64,000 nucleotides of DNA from an uncultured archaeon (GTDB lineage Archaea; Asgardarchaeota; Thorarchaeia; Thorarchaeales; Thorarchaeaceae). Shown one piece after another: positions 9,640-19,392 of the stretch. Position numbers and translations under genes: made by a program. Below the pieces are notes generated by a model, which saw nothing but the letters and a program-made list of their open reading frames with translations, did not search any database and had not been told where the DNA came from. Position 1 is the stretch's first letter. The number at the start of each line of letters is the position of its first letter. Where the stretch lies: contig CAYYQL010000005.1 of assembly GCA_964473825.1 (NCBI GenBank), forward strand, positions 1 through 64,000, given 5' to 3'.

Positions 9640-12631
9640 CTGCAATCTGGTCCACGATACCGTCCTCGGTTCGAAGGGTCAGGACTACTATGTACGTTGA
9701 GAGGACAACTCCCTCAGGCAGAAACGCTGTCACCGATGGAGCTGTACCATAGAAGTCACCCGGGCCTATCGTTCCAATGTTAAGAGTGTAAGTTGTGTTG
9801 CCGGGATGCACCGTGGGCGTCACACTGTTACCGTGCCAGAGCACTTCGAAGTCACCGGCTGCCATGGCAATATCAACAAACAGCTCGTGACTCACGTTGT
9901 CGTTGTTGCGTAGAATCATATTGAGCTTGGAGAACTCTCCCGAATCAATCGTGAGAGGTGAGAAATTGGTACTCTCAAACCCAACCGCGCCCTCTTCAAC
10001 AATCGTCTGGTTCAGAAGGCCAAACATCTGATAGTATGCCTCAACCACGTCAGCACCAAGAGAAACCCGTCCGCCCGTCTGAGCGTCAACCAACCCAACG
10101 CCACCGAGCTTCTCAATCACACGGTCTGTTGACGACTGCACCTCAAGAAATACCGGGATGACGTAGAAGAGCTCTCCGCCAAGGTGATAGAGTAACCTGT
10201 TTCCATATCGGTACTGCCCCCAAAGCTGCAGCTCAGTTCGAACGTCGTCATTTGTTTCAAACGCCTGCACCGCAGCGTTAGGCCCCAATAAGGTGGATGA
10301 GCCTATCTGCCCGGCTCCATAGAATCTCATGTCGCCAAAGTCCTTTTCGCCACAACCCATCACGTAGATTCCTGCCAAGTTCCTTCCTGCCGAGTTCCTG
10401 AATTCAACGTTGTGCATCGCCACGAATCGTTCTTCGCCGCCAATCCGCATGACTATGTACCGGGTATCGGAGCCGGTGGGGCTCTCATGAAAATCGACAC
10501 CGCTGGCCCACAGATAGCCATCCTCTACATGGTACGTGTAGGCGACCTCGAGTTGGCGTTCGTATAGGTCCTCGGGCCACTTCATCTGGGACTGTAACCA
10601 CGCAGGGGCATCTTGCCAGGGATAGTATTCACTGTACGTCTTGTCTATGAAGAAGCTGCTGTTCTGGCCCGGGGCTCGATAGAATGACAGCTCGCCATCA
10701 TCAACGCCCACCAGGACAACTCCGAGGAATCGCATGTAGTTTTCATGAGCATAACTCGTTGCCAGCTTGTAGTCGATGAAAACGGACACAGCATAGTACA
10801 CCTCCCCTGTGGAATCAACTACTATGTAGGGATCCGAATCTGCGCGCAGTCCCTGTAGTAGAATTGAATCGACACGAAACTGCACGTCTCGCTCTACGAG
10901 CATATCCATGTCCTGTCCAAGGAACGACCATGCCTCAGGCCCCATGGACAGAATGTAATAGAATGATTCGAAGCCAGACAGTGTGTAGTCTGGCGAGCCT
11001 TTGAAGGTCAGATTTCCGACCTCCTCGAAACCTTCGAGATTCACGAATGCAACATCATGAAATCCCGCACCCTCTCCGTAGTAGATTGCGACCGGCTCCG
11101 TCCTGTTCAGGAGAGCCACTCGCTCATCACCCTCCACGATATCCCCGCTGTATGCATCCAGCATGACCATGCCTTCAGTATGGGTATAGATGAGATGCTG
11201 ATTGATGAAACTTGTTGAAACTGCCCGATAGTCAAACGTCAACGGGGCGATCCAATACTCGTGCCCTTTCAGAAACACAATATCCGAATCTGCGAGCTGC
11301 ATCCAGTTCGTGCCTATCTGGTTCTTCATCCGAAGATAGCTTGCCTGTTGATCCCACTGCCGAACTGTGGTCAGGAACTCAACTTCACTCTGAGGAGTGG
11401 CATTAGAGGTGAGATCGTCAAGACCAAGCGAATCAAGATCCTCTGCACGTGCAGCCCAGTTGGTTATTGCGATCTCCTTGCGGGTCTCATAGTTGAACTT
11501 CCACGGAATGTACTTGTCACCATCCATTTGGATGCCATAGTAAAAGGCCTGAATGGTAGGCATCATGATAACAAGGACAACCAAGAACACAGCAACGAAT
11601 CCGTACCTCCGGGGTGAGCCACCAAGGGGAATCATCCTCTCAAATTTGAGTCGCCTCAGTTCGCTGCTGACATGGGAGCGGTCCTGCATGAGCAGATTTA
11701 CCCTGTGTTTGTAGTCCTGCATCTCAACGCTACCAGATTCGTATTCCTCTCGCAGAGTCATCAACTCCCTCTGAAGACGCGCCAGATCCTCCTCAAGCTG
11801 GATAATCTTGCTCTTCAGCCGGGAAAGGGCACCTCCTGATCTCAATCTCGCAAGGAGTAGCAGGATTGCTCCAAAGAAGGCGGAAATGAGGGTAATGATA
11901 AGAGCAAGGTAGCTCATCCATGTGCCCGCATTCACAGTCCACATCGGGACGCCAAGAAGCTGGATTGTGAGTCCCAAAGATGCCATGAAGAGAACCTTTG
12001 CGCCAATTGCATAGCTGTCGCGTCGCTCAGCGAGCATGTCAGCTGCAATACTCATGCCGATGCGAGCAGCAGTGAAGAAGAGGACTGTACTAGCGAGCCC
12101 AAGATAGAGCTGGTATGCCTCCATAGCAGGAATGAGATCCATAACGGATTGAGCGGATACACCGGGATAGAACGGTAGAGAGAACATCTCAGCAAGCTGT
12201 TCGTTGTTGATAGAGATAGAGCCATCGCCAGCTAGCATCATCAGAAATGCGACATTCTGGCCCGTAACAGAATAACCACCAATGGACATGTAGAAACCGA
12301 AGAAGACAACGAACTGGATGAGCCGCCAAATGATGGCTTGGTTCAGGCCTAACCGCCAGACCACAGCATCGGTCTGGGATATAGATGACACCAGCTTGAG
12401 AAATGAAGATCTCTGGGGAAGAGTCAGAAGACTCAGTATTGTCAAGATGATTGACGCGGTGAACAAATTGTTCTGCAGAGTCCAGATTCCCCAATAGTTC
12501 ACATCGCCCTTGAAGGCATACATTTGCTGGTATATCCCCTGGCTGAGAGACCAGCCATAGACTGCACCTGCAAGGAACACAAAGATGACGATAAGACCTA
12601 CAAGGGTCATTACGATGCGATAGTTTCTCAT
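9620..12631 (-). CDS. UPF0182 family membrane protein
   Basis: Multi-TM N-terminus; VRQWD, NQHLIYTHTEG, IYYGE, DSDPYIVV, KWPEDLYERQ, GNRLLY motifs typical of UPF0182. Confidence 0.8.
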   Translation of the reverse strand: MRNYRIVMTLVGLIVIFVFLAGAVYGWSLSQGIYQQMYAFKGDVNYWGIWTLQNNLFTASIILTILSLLTLPQRSSFLKLVSSISQTDAVVWRLGLNQAIIWRLIQFVVFFGFYMSIGGYSVTGQNVAFLMMLAGDGSISINNEQLAEMFSLPFYPGVSAQSVMDLIPAMEAYQLYLGLASTVLFFTAARIGMSIAADMLAERRDSYAIGAKVLFMASLGLTIQLLGVPMWTVNAGTWMSYLALIITLISAFFGAILLLLARLRSGGALSRLKSKIIQLEEDLARLQRELMTLREEYESGSVEMQDYKHRVNLLMQDRSHVSSELRRLKFERMIPLGGSPRRYGFVAVFLVVLVIMMPTIQAFYYGIQMDGDKYIPWKFNYETRKEIAITNWAARAEDLDSLGLDDLTSNATPQSEVEFLTTVRQWDQQASYLRMKNQIGTNWMQLADSDIVFLKGHEYWIAPLTFDYRAVSTSFINQHLIYTHTEGMVMLDAYSGDIVEGDERVALLNRTEPVAIYYGEGAGFHDVAFVNLEGFEEVGNLTFKGSPDYTLSGFESFYYILSMGPEAWSFLGQDMDMLVERDVQFRVDSILLQGLRADSDPYIVVDSTGEVYYAVSVFIDYKLATSYAHENYMRFLGVVLVGVDDGELSFYRAPGQNSSFFIDKTYSEYYPWQDAPAWLQSQMKWPEDLYERQLEVAYTYHVEDGYLWASGVDFHESPTGSDTRYIVMRIGGEERFVAMHNVEFRNSAGRNLAGIYVMGCGEKDFGDMRFYGAGQIGSSTLLGPNAAVQAFETNDDVRTELQLWGQYRYGNRLLYHLGGELFYVIPVFLEVQSSTDRVIEKLGGVGLVDAQTGGRVSLGADVVEAYYQMFGLLNQTIVEEGAVGFESTNFSPLTIDSGEFSKLNMILRNNDNVSHELFVDIAMAAGDFEVLWHGNSVTPTVHPGNTTYTLNIGTIGPGDFYGTAPSVTAFLPEGVVLSTYIVVLTLRTEDGIVDQIAVTLTVT

Positions 12632-12822
12632 AGCCGCATACCCTCAGTAATCATGCCTGTGCATCAGTCTCACGACAGCATAAGAGAGTTTCCTACTATC
12701 AGCAACCGTACGAAACGACGAGTGATTCTATGGAACAGGGGATGACGAGTCAAGAACTATTACAAGGCATGTGATGCTTAGCCTAGTGGACCTTGGCAAA
12801 GAGGTCTATCGCATCTCGAAGG

Positions 12823-13434
12823 CTAGACGAAGTAGAGGACTGAACCGCTTGACGTCCTTCGCCCCACCTTTCCCATCTCGACCAGCTGTTCCAGGAGAAT
12901 ATGTGCGCTATCAACATCCATTGAGAGCTCGGTGGCCGCCTGTTGCGCGCTAAGGCTCTTCTTGCGGATGAGAAGCAACGCGATCTGTGTGGATTCTTGA
13001 GGGACCTCAATGAGACTGAGAGCGTCGAGGGGTTCCAGCGGGTCTACGCGGGTCGATTCCAGAAGGCGAGAGGGAATTATCTTGTCCAGTACACCGTCGA
13101 ACTCCCGGAAAGTGGCTGAGTCACAGAGGTCCAACTCTGCGTGTTTCGAGTAACGACTCACGAAGTTGATGCCGATATTGTCAATCAAGCCCGTTGATAT
13201 CTCCTCGGGGTTTTCTGCAATGAGTACTGTGATGATTCGGTCGTGGTCTGCAACAAAGACGAAACGCCCATCGGACTCGATTCCGCGGAGTTCATCGCCC
13301 ATAGCCTCTCTACTGAACGCTGAGATCGCAGAGATGAAGCTGCTCATCAACATAGGGCTTGCCAATGCAGGATCATAGATTCGGCTATAGATACAGACGC
13401 CACCCTCGACGAGAATATACACAGCTCGAATCAT
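12823..13434 (-). CDS. Longin/roadblock-like domain fused to C-terminal winged HTH
   Basis: IRAVYILVEGGVCIYSRIY...LMSSFISAISAFSRE pattern of longin-fold proteins; C-terminal LSAQQAATELSMDVDSAHILLEQLVEMGKV. Confidence 0.65.
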   Translation of the reverse strand: MIRAVYILVEGGVCIYSRIYDPALASPMLMSSFISAISAFSREAMGDELRGIESDGRFVFVADHDRIITVLIAENPEEISTGLIDNIGINFVSRYSKHAELDLCDSATFREFDGVLDKIIPSRLLESTRVDPLEPLDALSLIEVPQESTQIALLLIRKKSLSAQQAATELSMDVDSAHILLEQLVEMGKVGRRTSSGSVLYFV

Positions 13435-13436
13435 AG

Positions 13437-14243
13437 CTATGCATCCTCTTGCTCTGCTCCTACTACTTCAATGGCATCAAGCCTGTCTGCAAGCTTGTGG
13501 ATGGCCTTGACAAAGGGAGACTCTGGTTGCGTCAGTGCATGAATCTCGCTACCCATGCCGAGTGGAACCTCGCAATAGCAGGGCATGAATCCTATCAACT
13601 CGGTCTTGGAACTGAACATCTCTTCGATGGTTGATTTCATCGTAGAACGTCTGGGCGCCTCCATCATGGGAGGAACCACCTTGTTGAAGAGGAGACAGGT
13701 CTTCTTGTTCAACGGTGCGTAGAGGCCATCAAGAATATTCAGAGTGCCATCAAAATCGAAATTGTCTATCTTCGCTACTATCACCGTGAAATCAGCCAAG
13801 ACAATTGCATTGACGCTGCTGTAGTGGACACCGGGCGCGGAGTCCAACACGAGATAGTCCAGAGATTCTTTCTCCAGATACTGCTTCAGATTCAGGAGCT
13901 GAGACAGAGCCTGCATGTGCCACTTGCGGTCCCGTGCCAGTTGAGAGCGGATTGCCTCAACATTGGGATCCGAGAAACCAACTGCGAGGCGTCCCTCGAG
14001 GCCAAGTGTCTGTCCAAGATCTGTGAGCACCTCTTTGTGCGACTTCTTCTCAACAAGGAACTCGTTGATGTAGGTTGTCTGAGGTGTCACGCCGAACAGG
14101 GTATGGAGACTGGGCGCCTGGAAATCCAAGTCTAAAATGGCAACATTGAGCCCTCGCTGTGCGAGTATGACGGCTAGGTTTGCAGCAAGAGTCGTCTTTC
14201 CAGTCCCACCCTTGTAACTATGTAACGTGAAACACTTCATCAT
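13437..14243 (-). CDS. MinD/ParA family ATPase
   Basis: Deviant Walker A KGGTGKT, ILDLDFQAPSL, LDSAPG, LLFNKV. Confidence 0.9.
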   Translation of the reverse strand: MMKCFTLHSYKGGTGKTTLAANLAVILAQRGLNVAILDLDFQAPSLHTLFGVTPQTTYINEFLVEKKSHKEVLTDLGQTLGLEGRLAVGFSDPNVEAIRSQLARDRKWHMQALSQLLNLKQYLEKESLDYLVLDSAPGVHYSSVNAIVLADFTVIVAKIDNFDFDGTLNILDGLYAPLNKKTCLLFNKVVPPMMEAPRRSTMKSTIEEMFSSKTELIGFMPCYCEVPLGMGSEIHALTQPESPFVKAIHKLADRLDAIEVVGAEQEDA

Positions 14244-14434
14244 CGGACCTCATGCTGCAACTGAGAAGTCATTCGTTCAGAAGACCCTAAATCACTTTCG
14301 TAGATAGACATTTGGAATATGCTGTGACGAACAGCAGTGTACCACGATATCGTGTTCTATGTTACGGCACGGATTCGTTAAATGTCGAACAACATTTCGA
14401 TAGTCATATCAAGACAGAAGGCAGGTTCAACACT

Positions 14435-15262
14435 ATGGCGCGTCCACTTTGGTTTGTTGAGCTCATAAAGAAGACCTTCCCACAGAGGAAACTCATCGCG
14501 AAGCTCACAATGGTTCCCATCATAGGAAGAGTCATTGATAAGATGCTCTTCGAAGGAGATGACATCATCTACCTGCCAAAGGACTCCACTGTTCGTAAGA
14601 TGATCCAAGTAAGGCTGCATCTGGAGAGGCCTGTAGAAACGCCATTGCCCTCCGAGATTATTCACCGTTTCATCGATGAGGCTAACTTCCACTGGAAGAT
14701 GAACTTCTGTATCTGCCGAGCCTCTGCTCATTGTGAAGACTATCCGATAGACTACGGATGCCTGTTTCTCGGTGAGGCGGCTAGAGGTATCAATCCGGAT
14801 CTCGGAAGACAAATCTCCAGAGAAGAAGCACATGAGTACATCGAGGAATGCAGCAAGGCCGGACTCGTTCATATGGTGGGAAGAAACAAGCTCGATGCTA
14901 TGTGGCTCGGAGTGAGCCCAGGGAAGAATCTGATGTCGATATGCAACTGTTGTCCCTGCTGTTGCCTCTGGAAGATACTACCCGACATGGCCCCCGACAT
15001 CGGCCGGAAGATTACAAAGATGCCTGGTGTGAATGTCCGAGTGACTGAAGATTGTGTCGGCTGCGGGCTCTGTGCTAAAGGTGTCTGTTTCACAGATGCA
15101 ATCAAGATGGTGAACGGGAAGGCGGTTATCACAGACGCCTGTAGAGGCTGTGGTCGTTGCGTTGAAGTGTGCCCAGATGAGGCAATAGAACTGACGATAG
15201 ACCGAACGGATAGGCTAGACGAGTCATATGACAGGATTACCCGTGTTATTGACCTGAAATGA
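14435..15262 (+). CDS. 4Fe-4S dicluster binding protein
   Basis: CICR...C...C, ICNCCPCCC, CVGCGLC...C, CRGCGRCVEVCP; start set at ATG 14435. Confidence 0.85.
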   Translation: MARPLWFVELIKKTFPQRKLIAKLTMVPIIGRVIDKMLFEGDDIIYLPKDSTVRKMIQVRLHLERPVETPLPSEIIHRFIDEANFHWKMNFCICRASAHCEDYPIDYGCLFLGEAARGINPDLGRQISREEAHEYIEECSKAGLVHMVGRNKLDAMWLGVSPGKNLMSICNCCPCCCLWKILPDMAPDIGRKITKMPGVNVRVTEDCVGCGLCAKGVCFTDAIKMVNGKAVITDACRGCGRCVEVCPDEAIELTIDRTDRLDESYDRITRVIDLK

Positions 15263-15402
15263 AGCAACTCTGAGTTAAGGTTCTTGCTAGAAGTCTGGTC
15301 GAATAACAGGTACGACAAGTACCTTGTGGTAAGCTTTTTGAAGGACAACTTCTCCGCCCATTTGCATAACCGAGTGATTGGGATTCAGCAGAGGATTAGA
15401 TT

Positions 15403-16755
15403 ATGGCAACCAAGATTGTTGTGATAGGAATGGGCTATGTCGGAATACCGGCCGCAGCCCTGCTTGCAGATGTGGAGGGACATGAAGTTGTGGGCCTTCA
15501 ACGAAGATCGAAAAGGTCAGGATGGAAGATAGACGTTTTGAACTCGGGTAAGTCTCCCTTCGAGGGTGACGAGCCAGGTCTAGATAAACTGATTGCCAAG
15601 GTGGTGGAGAAGGGCACTTTCAGTGTCACAGACGATGTGGAAACCCTTAGGGATGCGGATGTCATCCTAATCGACGTTCAGACGCCGACTGACGCCCAGC
15701 ATATGCCACAGTATGTCTCCCTGCGAGAAGTGAGTAAGAACGTGGGCGAGCGAATCAAGAAGGGAGCAATGATCATTGTAGAATCTACGGTTGCACCCGG
15801 AACAACCCAGAACGTGGTTCAGAAGATAGTGGAGAGAGAATCAGGGATGAAGGGTGGAAAAGACTTCGACCTGGCCTTCTCTTACGAGCGCGTCATGCCA
15901 GGGAAACTACTCGAATACATCATCAATATGCCCCGTGTTGTAGGAGGCATAACCCCGGAGAGTACCAACCGAGCGGTTGAGCTCTACTCGAAGGTCGTTA
16001 AGGAGAAGATATACACTGCTGATACGCTGAGTGCTGAACTGGCAAAGACCATTGAGAACGCCTATCGAGACGTGAATATCGCCTTTGCAAATGAGATGGC
16101 GTTAGTATGCGAGAGCCTTGGGGTCAATGTGTACCATATTATCGAGCTCATCAATGCACGTCACGACAGACACATGCACATGCCCGGTGCCGGCGTTGGA
16201 GGGCACTGTCTGCCGAAGGATCCTTGGTTGCTTCGGTATGGCCTGTACGAATACGGTAGCTGGAAGATTGAACCTGAGTTCATCTCATTATCCAGACGAA
16301 TCAATGATCACATGCCAATCCACATGTCAACACTGGTGGAGAACGGAGTAACGAGCAGAAATGTGAGTATGCAGGAAGCTGAGATTACCATCCTGGGAGT
16401 CGCATATCTTGAGAACTCGGATGACACTCGGAATACTCCCGCGGCGCCACTGATAGGCTCGCTGCAGGCAAGAGGTGCGACAATAAGGCTTCATGACCCC
16501 TATGTCCACCAGTGGGAGTTCACGAATCACAAGATACTCAGAGATGTGTACAAGGCTGCTGATGGAGCAGACTGTCTTGTACTTGTGACCAAACACCAAG
16601 ACTACGAATCATTGGACTTTGACAGACTGAAGAAGGTCATGAGAACACCTGTCATCGTTGACGGGCGCAATATCTTTGACCAAGATGTCCTTGAATCGAA
16701 AGGCTTTGAGTATCGCGCGGTGGGCAAGGCAGGTATCAAGAGAGCTGGCCAGTAA
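15403..16755 (+). CDS. Nucleotide-sugar dehydrogenase (WecC/UDP-GlcNAc-type)
   Basis: GMGYVG, ESTVAPG, ERVMPG, AKTIENAYRDVNIAFANE, GVGGHCLPKD. Confidence 0.92.
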   Translation: MATKIVVIGMGYVGIPAAALLADVEGHEVVGLQRRSKRSGWKIDVLNSGKSPFEGDEPGLDKLIAKVVEKGTFSVTDDVETLRDADVILIDVQTPTDAQHMPQYVSLREVSKNVGERIKKGAMIIVESTVAPGTTQNVVQKIVERESGMKGGKDFDLAFSYERVMPGKLLEYIINMPRVVGGITPESTNRAVELYSKVVKEKIYTADTLSAELAKTIENAYRDVNIAFANEMALVCESLGVNVYHIIELINARHDRHMHMPGAGVGGHCLPKDPWLLRYGLYEYGSWKIEPEFISLSRRINDHMPIHMSTLVENGVTSRNVSMQEAEITILGVAYLENSDDTRNTPAAPLIGSLQARGATIRLHDPYVHQWEFTNHKILRDVYKAADGADCLVLVTKHQDYESLDFDRLKKVMRTPVIVDGRNIFDQDVLESKGFEYRAVGKAGIKRAGQ

Positions 16756-16807
16756 GCGAGAAGAGTCCCAGATGCCTCAGGAAGGAGGACTCTCCCGAAC
16801 CTTCCAC

Positions 16808-17809
16808 CTAGGATTCATCAGTTGGTGTATCAGAGTTCTGCAGGAGTGTCGCTGCTTTCCTTCTTGCCTGAAGGAACTGCACGAAAAAGGCACTCAGGCC
16901 AATCAGGAACAGGCCGATCCAGTCCAGCATGGCAGGTAGCTCACCTAAGAACAGGACTGATAGTATCACAATCTGAGGTAGCATTGCCCCGTTGATGATA
17001 GACATGTCAACTGCTCGCAAGGTCTGCATGGCACGGTGCCATAGATTGAACGCAACAGCTGTGTTGACAACACTGAGCCAAGCTACGTAGAACCAGGACA
17101 GGGCGCTTATCGAAGCAGAGGGTTCAAAGAGATATCCCAGAACAAGAAGCACCAGAGAGCCAATCGCCATGCTCAGTGCTGTGACAACAAGTACGGGTAT
17201 CCGTCGTTCTCGATTGATTGCTCTACCGATGATGGATGAAAAGCTGTTGGACAGGACACCAACGAGAACGACGATTAGACCGATGACCTGTAGCCCACCT
17301 AGGTCGAGGGGTGTGAAATACAGCAGAACTCCGCAGATACCAACGAGGACCCATCCTATCTGCCGGGCTGTAGGCACCTCTTTCAACATAAAGACACCCA
17401 ATATCAGAACGATAAGAGGAGTCATGTTGAGGAGAAGGGAGACTGTTATCGCAGGAAGAAGGGTGAGACCCACGAACTGAGCGCCCATGGTCACGGTTAT
17501 GTACACCAGCCCGTACCCGGCAAGCTGCCAGGCTTGACTGGCACTGAGTGATTTGACTGCACTGCGCGACTGTGGTCGAACTGCGATTGCTGCCAGCAGT
17601 ATAACTGCCGCGATGAAGTATCTCAGGCCGGCGAAGGTGAGCGGTGGTATCTCCTCAAGGCCGAACTTGATAATCACCCATGATGAAGACCACAAGATAG
17701 TGACGAAGAAGGCCTGTGCAACTGCCAGAGCATGGGCTCTCTTCTCTTCTGACACGAGATCTACTCTGGATGCGCTGTCAACTCCGGAGCTTTTCATCCT
17801 TCTCCACAA
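16808..17809 (-). CDS. EamA/DMT family transporter
   Basis: About 10 hydrophobic segments; LWSSSWVIIKFGL..IPP..FAGLR. Confidence 0.9.
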   Translation of the reverse strand: MWRRMKSSGVDSASRVDLVSEEKRAHALAVAQAFFVTILWSSSWVIIKFGLEEIPPLTFAGLRYFIAAVILLAAIAVRPQSRSAVKSLSASQAWQLAGYGLVYITVTMGAQFVGLTLLPAITVSLLLNMTPLIVLILGVFMLKEVPTARQIGWVLVGICGVLLYFTPLDLGGLQVIGLIVVLVGVLSNSFSSIIGRAINRERRIPVLVVTALSMAIGSLVLLVLGYLFEPSASISALSWFYVAWLSVVNTAVAFNLWHRAMQTLRAVDMSIINGAMLPQIVILSVLFLGELPAMLDWIGLFLIGLSAFFVQFLQARRKAATLLQNSDTPTDES

Positions 17810-17858
17810 TTGAAGAGAACACCTCTATAAGGATAGGGCTAATGCCGTCCTGCGACGG

Positions 17859-18530
17859 GTGTATATAATGGTGGTACACTGCCTGATGGAAATCAGTTCC
17901 GAGCAATACTACTCATGTCAGCTGACTCAAGAAACACCGGTCCATGTCCGCATCATGACTATCAATGGAGATACCGGCTTCGGGATTATCGAGTCCATGA
18001 GAGGAGAAGAAGAGGATATCAAGAGATACGTCAGTCGGCTGAGAGAGTCATCCAGCACTGTGGTGGTAGAGGTGACCCATAGATCCCCTGACGCATATTG
18101 GACCCGTGTTGTACACCATATCAGTGGACCCTCCATCTACGAAACCATCTTGGAGAGCGGCTGCATGACACTGCTGCCCATCTCCATAAGCTCTGGAACT
18201 CAGGTACACAGCGTGTTGGCTCCATCAAAACCTGTTCTCAGGCAGCTGCTAGATCTGCTCAGGAAGCGGTTCACCCGTGTTAGAGTCTTGAGAGTCAGAG
18301 CGGGCCCGCCCGACCTAACGGGGATCACGCTGACTCCCAAGCAGAAAGAAGCGATAGTGCTGGCCATCGAGAACGGCTACTACTCAATCCCCCGAGGTGT
18401 TTCAGCCGCTGACCTTGCAGCTGAGATAGGCATCAGCAGAGTGGCCATGCAGGAACGTCTGCGGAGAGCTGAAAAACGCATCATGAATGGATATCTCAAT
18501 GGCGAAATCGAAACGTGGAGTGGCAGCTGA
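17859..18530 (+). CDS. HTH-10 (bacterio-opsin activator-type) transcriptional regulator
   Basis: LTPKQKEAIVLAIENGYYSIPR...LAAEIGIS...ERLRRAE; divergent from EamA gene. Confidence 0.88.
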   Translation: MYIMVVHCLMEISSEQYYSCQLTQETPVHVRIMTINGDTGFGIIESMRGEEEDIKRYVSRLRESSSTVVVEVTHRSPDAYWTRVVHHISGPSIYETILESGCMTLLPISISSGTQVHSVLAPSKPVLRQLLDLLRKRFTRVRVLRVRAGPPDLTGITLTPKQKEAIVLAIENGYYSIPRGVSAADLAAEIGISRVAMQERLRRAEKRIMNGYLNGEIETWSGS

Positions 18531-18573
18531 TCATGCTACTGACCCGATGCATCGCCAAGGACTTCCATGAATC

Positions 18574-19317
18574 CTACTGGACCGTCAAACCGCCGTCCAC
18601 AATCAGAAGCTGACCGGTCACGTAGTCTGAATCATCTGACGCCAGAAATGCAGTAGCCTTACCTATGTCTTCAGCTGTTCCCATTCGCTTCCAGGGTATT
18701 GACTCAATAGTCTGCTTGAGCGTGGCGTCATCCATGACCTGCTCAACTGTTGGCGTCCTAATTGCCCCCGGAGCAATTGCATTCACACGGATCTTGTACT
18801 TGGCAAGTTCCAGAGCAGCAGCCTTCGTGAAACCGAGCATACCCGCTTTCGAGGCGCTGTAGTGTGCTAGCATCTGGTAGCCTACTGTTGTCCCTGCAAT
18901 CGATGCTATGTTGACGATACTGCCGCCTTTTTTCTTCATGTGAGGCAGTACTGCTTTTGTGAGATTGAACGCGCTGTCCAGGTTAACGCTGATTACTTTG
19001 TTCCAATCAGCACGCTCCATATCATCCAATGCCTTGAAGGGATAGATTCCAGCATTGTTTACAAGAACGTCGACCTGACCCCAGCGGTCCACCACCTTAC
19101 GCACCATATCTTCGACTTGCTCTGTGTTACTGACATCACCAATAACAGACATGACCTCATGTCCCTTCTCAGCAAGCTCCTTCGCCTTGTCAGCAACATC
19201 ATCGGCAACATCGTTGAGAGCTACTCGTGCGCCTCTCTCAGCCAGCTCTAGGGCAATGCCCAAGCCTATACCTTGAGCTGCACCAGTTACGATTGCAACT
19301 TTATTCTCAAGTGTCAT
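18574..19317 (-). CDS. Short-chain dehydrogenase/reductase (FabG-like)
   Basis: TGAAQGIG, NNAG, YSASK, RVNAIAPG, VDGG. Confidence 0.92.
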   Translation of the reverse strand: MTLENKVAIVTGAAQGIGLGIALELAERGARVALNDVADDVADKAKELAEKGHEVMSVIGDVSNTEQVEDMVRKVVDRWGQVDVLVNNAGIYPFKALDDMERADWNKVISVNLDSAFNLTKAVLPHMKKKGGSIVNIASIAGTTVGYQMLAHYSASKAGMLGFTKAAALELAKYKIRVNAIAPGAIRTPTVEQVMDDATLKQTIESIPWKRMGTAEDIGKATAFLASDDSDYVTGQLLIVDGGLTVQ

Positions 19318-19392
19318 TGGTGTTCACTATAGTTTACTAGGGCATGAATCAATATATTGTTTTGGAAACGTCAAAGGGAGCATTGGAAACAA

